Origin: Terriglobales bacterium
GTDB taxonomy: Bacteria > Acidobacteriota > Terriglobia > Terriglobales > SCQP01
Assembly (NCBI GenBank): GCA_050747905.1
Contig: JBOGKQ010000003.1
Coordinates: forward strand, 60,801 to 124,800
Direction: 5' to 3'
Length of the DNA stretch: 64,000 bases
The notes beneath the pieces were generated by a model. It ran no database searches and was not told where the DNA came from. It was given only the letters and a program-made list of their open reading frames with translations. The position numbers were made by a program, and so were the translations under genes. Shown piece by piece: positions 59,219 through 64,000 of this stretch (positions are counted from its first letter, which is position 1; every line of letters starts with the position of its first letter).

Positions 59219-60704
59219 GCTGGCCGCGGCCACGCGCCGGGCCCTCGGGCGGATAGGAGCCCACCCTTTTGCCGGTGGCATCGAAAATGGGCAGGGTGGT
59301 GCCGGGCACGAGATTCGCCAGGCTGGCTTCAATTTTGTTTACGTCACCGACCACCACGATGACCAGGTGCGCGGGCTGGATGATCTGCTGCGCGGCAGCG
59401 AGCGCCGCCGCTGCAGTCACGGATCTGATGTTGCCTACATAGCTGACCAGCCAGTCGCGGGGCACGCCATACAGACCGGGTGTGAGCATGGCATCGGCGA
59501 GGGCGGCCTGGGTCTGCAAGCCGAGCACGAAGATGCCGCTCAAGTAATTTTGGGCCTGGGACAACTCACCCGCGCTGACTGGCCCGGAGCGGATCTTGTC
59601 CAGTTGGGCCAGGATCTGTTTGACTGCCGGAGCGGTGACGGCGGTGCGCACCTGGGTGGAAACCATCCAGGCGCCGAGGTCGCGGTAGGGCGCATTGAAA
59701 CTGCTGATCCCGTAGACCCAGCCGCGCGCCTCGCGCAGGTCGGCGATCAGGCGCGAGTTGAAGCTGCCGCCCAGCACTTCATTGGCAACGCGGAAGGGAA
59801 AGTACCCCGGGGAAGTACGCGTGAGCCCCAGATTGCCCAGCAGAATCGTGGACTGGTCGGAGTCCGGACGCTCGACCAGGTAAATCCGCGTAGCGGGCGG
59901 ATTGGCCACCAGCGGAGACGGTGGCGGAGACGGTGAGCCCAGCCGCCAATCACCGAAATATTGCTGCACCAGGTTGTGGGCCCGCGCCGCGGGAATGTCA
60001 CCCACGACGACGACTTCTGCCTGATTATTCGGGAGGAAGTACTGGCGGTGGAAATCTTCGAAAGCCGCGCGGCTGAGCCGGGCGATGGAGTCGGGCGTGG
60101 GCGCGGTGATGGCGTACGGACTTTCCCCGAATAAGAGATGGTTGAACTGCACCGCGGCCAGAAAGCCGGCATCGGCGCGATGGGCCCGCAGCGCCTGCAG
60201 CAGGTTAGCCTTTTCGAGCGCGACTTCGGATTCCGGAAACGAGGGATGCAGAACGACGTCGGAAAGCAGCTCGAACAGGTCGCGGGCATGATTGCTGAGA
60301 GCGTAGGCATTGAAAGTCAGAAAATCCTGATCCACATGCGCCGACAGATCGCCGCCCATGGCATCAAGTTGCTCGGCAATTTCGAGAGCGCTGCGCGATG
60401 AGGTACCGGCTGTGAGCAGGTCGGCCTCGGCGCTGGCAAGACCGGCGCTTGCGGGGGTAAGACGGCTCACGCCGGCGCGCAGAGCCAGGCGGACGGTGAT
60501 CAGGGGAAAACGCGCATCCTGCACGACAACCACGCGCAGTCCGTTGGGGAGCTGATCCACCTGGCTCGACGGCGGCGTGTAGAAAGGGGCGGGACCAGGC
60601 ACCGGCGGCTGGTCCATGAAGGCGGGCGAGACCGCCGATTGCTGCGCGCGCAGACCCAACGGCAGGAGGGTGGCTAAGGTAACGATGGCCAGGCCACGCT
60701 TCAT
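59205..60704 (-). CDS. M16 peptidase family, inactive partner subunit
   Basis: M16 fold, no HxxEH; SRL..LRE..GW.YG. Confidence 0.85.
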   Translation of the reverse strand: MKRGLAIVTLATLLPLGLRAQQSAVSPAFMDQPPVPGPAPFYTPPSSQVDQLPNGLRVVVVQDARFPLITVRLALRAGVSRLTPASAGLASAEADLLTAGTSSRSALEIAEQLDAMGGDLSAHVDQDFLTFNAYALSNHARDLFELLSDVVLHPSFPESEVALEKANLLQALRAHRADAGFLAAVQFNHLLFGESPYAITAPTPDSIARLSRAAFEDFHRQYFLPNNQAEVVVVGDIPAARAHNLVQQYFGDWRLGSPSPPPSPLVANPPATRIYLVERPDSDQSTILLGNLGLTRTSPGYFPFRVANEVLGGSFNSRLIADLREARGWVYGISSFNAPYRDLGAWMVSTQVRTAVTAPAVKQILAQLDKIRSGPVSAGELSQAQNYLSGIFVLGLQTQAALADAMLTPGLYGVPRDWLVSYVGNIRSVTAAAALAAAQQIIQPAHLVIVVVGDVNKIEASLANLVPGTTLPIFDATGKRVGSYPPEGPARGRGQLIGR

Positions 60705-62071
60705 TGCGCGCCTGCCGGGGCAGCCGCCCCGGGTTGATCCACGATTACATTCATCCGCGCACTCGTCAGGAAGGTGCGGGCCACGCGCTCGAGGTCGTCG
60801 GAGCTGACGTCAAGAAAATGGGCGAGCTCGGAATTGGCGGCTTCCGGCTTGCCGTCAAACAGCGCCGCGAGCGCCAGCATCTGGTTGCGCCCCAGCGTGG
60901 TTTGCTGCTTGCGGATCCAATCCGAGCTGAACTTGGTCTGCAGGCGCTGTAATACCTCGGAGGAGACACCGGTGGCTTCGATCTGATAGACCTGCTGCAT
61001 GAGCAACTGCTGGACTTGCTTGGCGGTAGCATTGGGCTTGTAGACCACGAGGCTGGAGAATAGACCGGGGGCGCGGTAGTCGGTATAGTCGCCCGAGGGG
61101 AACCCCAGGCCACCGCCCACCTGGAGGGCGACTTTGTGATCTTTGACCAGCGACTGATAGAGCCGCGAGCCCTGGCCGGCGAACAGGAGCTGGCCCAGCA
61201 TGGTCAGGGCGTAATAATCGTTGCTGCCGCGCTTGGGACCTTGCCAACTCATGCTCAGCGCCGGCAGTTTGGCGAGCGGGTCGGTAAGGGTGAGCGAGCG
61301 TGCCTTGGTCTGCTGGGGCTCCTGGGTGTCCACCGGGGTGATCGTGCCGCGGTTGGGAATCCAGCCGAAGTAGTGCTCGACCTGCTGCTTCACGGCGGCG
61401 CTGTTGAAGTCGCCGACTATGGTGAGAATGCAGTTGCGCGGGGCGTAGTACTCATCGAAGAACTGCTGAACTTCCGGCAGCGTGGCGGCGTCGAGATCCT
61501 TGAACGAGCCGATCACCGGATGCGCATTCTGCCAATTGGCGAAGGCCTGCAGCTGCAACTCGACGTACATCAGCTGGCCGTAGGGTGCATTGTTCACGCG
61601 CATGCGCTTTTCCTCCTCGACCACCAGGATTTGATTTTTCATCGCCGCAGCGGTGACGTTCAGGGCCGAGAGACGGTCGGCATCCAGCCAGAGCACGGTG
61701 GCTAGAGCGTTGCTGGGCACGCTGGCGTAATAGAAGGTGTAGTCCTCGTGGGTGGAGGCGTTGTCGGTGCCGCCGTAGCCTTCGACGAGGTGGTCGAACC
61801 TGCCCTTGGGCGCGTGCGCGGAGCCCTCGAACATCAGGTGCTCGAACAGATGCGCAAAGCCAGAGCGGCCGGGATGCTCGTCGCGCCCTCCGACGGCGAA
61901 CAACAGGCTTTCGGTGACCACCGGCAGCGAATGATCCTCGGACAGAATCACGCGCATTCCGTTGGAGAGTTTGAACGCGGTGAAGGGGATCGGGGGAATG
62001 GCGAAGCGCTGGGCGGCTGCGCCCGCGAGCAGACCCAGCACGACTGGAAGCACCCAAACCCGGCGAGGCAT
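60701..62071 (-). CDS. M16 zinc peptidase, catalytic subunit
   Basis: GFAHLFEHLMF inverted zinc motif, downstream EEK. Confidence 0.9.
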   Translation of the reverse strand: MPRRVWVLPVVLGLLAGAAAQRFAIPPIPFTAFKLSNGMRVILSEDHSLPVVTESLLFAVGGRDEHPGRSGFAHLFEHLMFEGSAHAPKGRFDHLVEGYGGTDNASTHEDYTFYYASVPSNALATVLWLDADRLSALNVTAAAMKNQILVVEEEKRMRVNNAPYGQLMYVELQLQAFANWQNAHPVIGSFKDLDAATLPEVQQFFDEYYAPRNCILTIVGDFNSAAVKQQVEHYFGWIPNRGTITPVDTQEPQQTKARSLTLTDPLAKLPALSMSWQGPKRGSNDYYALTMLGQLLFAGQGSRLYQSLVKDHKVALQVGGGLGFPSGDYTDYRAPGLFSSLVVYKPNATAKQVQQLLMQQVYQIEATGVSSEVLQRLQTKFSSDWIRKQQTTLGRNQMLALAALFDGKPEAANSELAHFLDVSSDDLERVARTFLTSARMNVIVDQPGAAAPAGAQ

Positions 62072-62088
62072 CTTGCAGTCAGCATGCC

Positions 62089-63339
62089 ATGATAAAAGCC
62101 ATGGCGCCAGTGCGGGAATCCGACCTTGCGGCCTGGCTGCCGCGGCAGCGCTGGTACGGGGCCAAAAATGTTCGCATCGAGAGCGTGCGCGTAGTCGAAC
62201 ACCGGGATGTGCTGGCACTGGTGGAGGTGGTGCCAGCAGGGCAGGGGCCGCAAGTTTATGCAGTTCCAGAGCTCGCGGGTGAGGGGCTGGGGAGCGAAGC
62301 GGTGCGGCAGCGCTGGTGGGAGTTGCTGCGGCAACAGCAAACGGCGGGAAAGTTCCGCTTTGAGACTTTGGGCGCTCTGGGGGCGATTGGCGGCAGCCGC
62401 CTGCTGGGCGCTGAGCAGAGCAACACGTCGGTGCTCTACAGCGATTTGGCGGGAGCGCCGCGCTGGATCCTGAAACTGTTCCGGCGGGTGCAGGAAGGGG
62501 AAAATCCTGATTTTGAGATTCCGCGCGCGCTGTTGCGGCACACGAAGTTTGGCAATGTGCCGGCGGCGGCGGGGCGCTTGCTGTACGGCGGCGCGGCGAC
62601 GCTGGCCGTGGCGCAGGAATTTGTTTCCAATCAGGGCGATGGCTGGGACTATGTGCTCGGCCGCTTACGCGCGGGCGCGGGCGCGGCGCTACTGCCGGAG
62701 ATGGAGCAACTGGGACGGCGTACCGCCGAGTTGCACACCGCGCTGGCGTCGATTGCAGGCGAGGCGGATTTTGCGCCGGAGGCAATTACGGAGGAGGACG
62801 TGGAACGATGGCGGCAGCGCGCGCTGGCAGGCGCTAACGCCGCCGCCGCCGAGGACCAGGCCCTGATCGAGCCCTGGCGGCAACGGATCGAGTCGGGACC
62901 TGCGGGCCTGGATGGACTGCTGGGCTGCCAGAAAATCCGTATCCACGGTGACTACCACTTGGGACAGACGCTCAAGACTGCGGGCGATTTCTATCTGCTC
63001 GATTTTGAGGGCGAACCGGCGCGGCCGCTGGCCGAGCGCCGCCGCAAGGGAACGGTCTTGCAGGACGTTGCCGGGATGCTGCGCTCGCTGGGCTATGTCG
63101 CCCACACTGCCGACCAGGGTTCGTGGGAGGCCCCGGCGCGCGAGGCCTTCCTGGCCGGCTATCGCGCCGTGATTGAGACGGCGCCGGTTTCGCTGGTAGC
63201 CCGTGGCGCAGCGGCCTTCACCGCCGCCTGTTCGTTCTTCGAATGTGAGAAAGCGGCCTACGAGCTGGCCTACGAGCGCAACCACCGGCCGGACTGGGTG
63301 AGGCTACCAATCGCCGCGCTACGCCACCTGCTCGCCTAG
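62089..63339 (+). CDS. Maltokinase-like phosphotransferase
   Basis: AEQSNTS, LKLFRR..GENPD, RIHGDYHLGQ, DFEGEP, DVAGMLRS. Confidence 0.85.
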   Translation: MIKAMAPVRESDLAAWLPRQRWYGAKNVRIESVRVVEHRDVLALVEVVPAGQGPQVYAVPELAGEGLGSEAVRQRWWELLRQQQTAGKFRFETLGALGAIGGSRLLGAEQSNTSVLYSDLAGAPRWILKLFRRVQEGENPDFEIPRALLRHTKFGNVPAAAGRLLYGGAATLAVAQEFVSNQGDGWDYVLGRLRAGAGAALLPEMEQLGRRTAELHTALASIAGEADFAPEAITEEDVERWRQRALAGANAAAAEDQALIEPWRQRIESGPAGLDGLLGCQKIRIHGDYHLGQTLKTAGDFYLLDFEGEPARPLAERRRKGTVLQDVAGMLRSLGYVAHTADQGSWEAPAREAFLAGYRAVIETAPVSLVARGAAAFTAACSFFECEKAAYELAYERNHRPDWVRLPIAALRHLLA

Positions 63340-64000
63340 CTAGTGGTTCCAATAGACGAGCAGATGGAAGCTGCCGGGGACCATTTTCCGGCGGTAGCGG
63401 GGCTGGCCGGGCGCCGGCGGCTCAAACTTTGCCGTGACGGTGAACAGTTTGTGGGTTTCCGGATCCACTTCCATGGTGCGCGCGCCGGGCTCGGTGGGAA
63501 TGTTGCCCACCAGGGTGAAGTGATCGGGGCTGTCTTCGTGAATCACGGTAATGGTGCCGCCATCGCCGCCGTTGGAGCTGAAGGCGAGCTTGGTTTTGGG
63601 ATCGAAGCGAGTGGCATCCACGCCGCCTCCGATCACGATGGTCGTGATGACCCTGCCGTCGTTGGCGTCCAAGATCGCCATCATATGGTTGTGGCAGCCG
63701 ACGAACAGACGCATGGTGTAGGGGTCAATGGCCAGGCCGGACGGATGCTCGCAGGGCGCGAGCGGCCAGGTGTGGAGAATTTTCAGGGTGTGCGCGTCAA
63801 TCTCGATTTCCTGGCTGGAGTCCTCGAGGTTGTCGAAGACATGGCCGCGGCCGTCGGCGGCGGCGAACTCGGCATCTTTACTGGGCAGCAGGATCGAGCC
63901 CAGCACGGCGCCGGTCTTGGCGTCAATGGCGGCGGCGTGGCTGTCGTGGTTGAAAAAAAAGACGCGGTTGGTGGCGGGGTCGTAGACGAAACCGTCGGGA
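63340..64000 (-). CDS. YncE-like beta-propeller protein (5' end outside window)
   Basis: DGFVYDP, ADGRGHVF, PCEHPSGLAID, GARTM. Confidence 0.75.
   Translation of the reverse strand, partial: PDGFVYDPATNRVFFFNHDSHAAAIDAKTGAVLGSILLPSKDAEFAAADGRGHVFDNLEDSSQEIEIDAHTLKILHTWPLAPCEHPSGLAIDPYTMRLFVGCHNHMMAILDANDGRVITTIVIGGGVDATRFDPKTKLAFSSNGGDGGTITVIHEDSPDHFTLVGNIPTEPGARTMEVDPETHKLFTVTAKFEPPAPGQPRYRRKMVPGSFHLLVYWNH

Noticed and set aside
62073-62089. Sigma54-like TGGCATGCTGACTGCAA before the M16 peptidase
   Set aside because: Predicted TSS falls inside the likely coding start; GG-N10-GC is common by chance

Overview
GC-rich bacterial chromosomal window; gene content and protein style suggest Acidobacteriota (inference). 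It holds two flagellar blocks (fliM-fliN at the left edge; flgL..flgF, fliT/S/D/C, a flagellin glycosyltransferase and flbD-motAB at 40-55 kb) among housekeeping genes (apt, rlmB, efp, pckA, ribA, fabI, trmFO-xerC, leuA-leuB), two sigma54 regulators, an OmpA protein, M16 peptidases and a maltokinase. No rRNA, tRNA, CRISPR array or intact transposase is seen. The main unexplained signal is a dispersed family of modular GC-rich palindromic elements: 6 clear copies and 2 fragments. They lack terminal inverted repeats, are assembled from nested hairpin modules, and show compensatory base changes. They are co-oriented with the adjacent gene, are often in frame with it (one copy lies inside a predicted signal-peptide region), and abut two 5'-truncated gene remnants. 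Other leads: a stand-alone MshEN-type c-di-GMP receptor coupled to fliN, an HPF/RaiA-ECF sigma fusion, degenerate phosphorelay parts (pseudo-CheY, HisKA-only proteins) and a recurrent leaderless-promoter signature. All annotations come from motif recognition by eye; no database searches were run.
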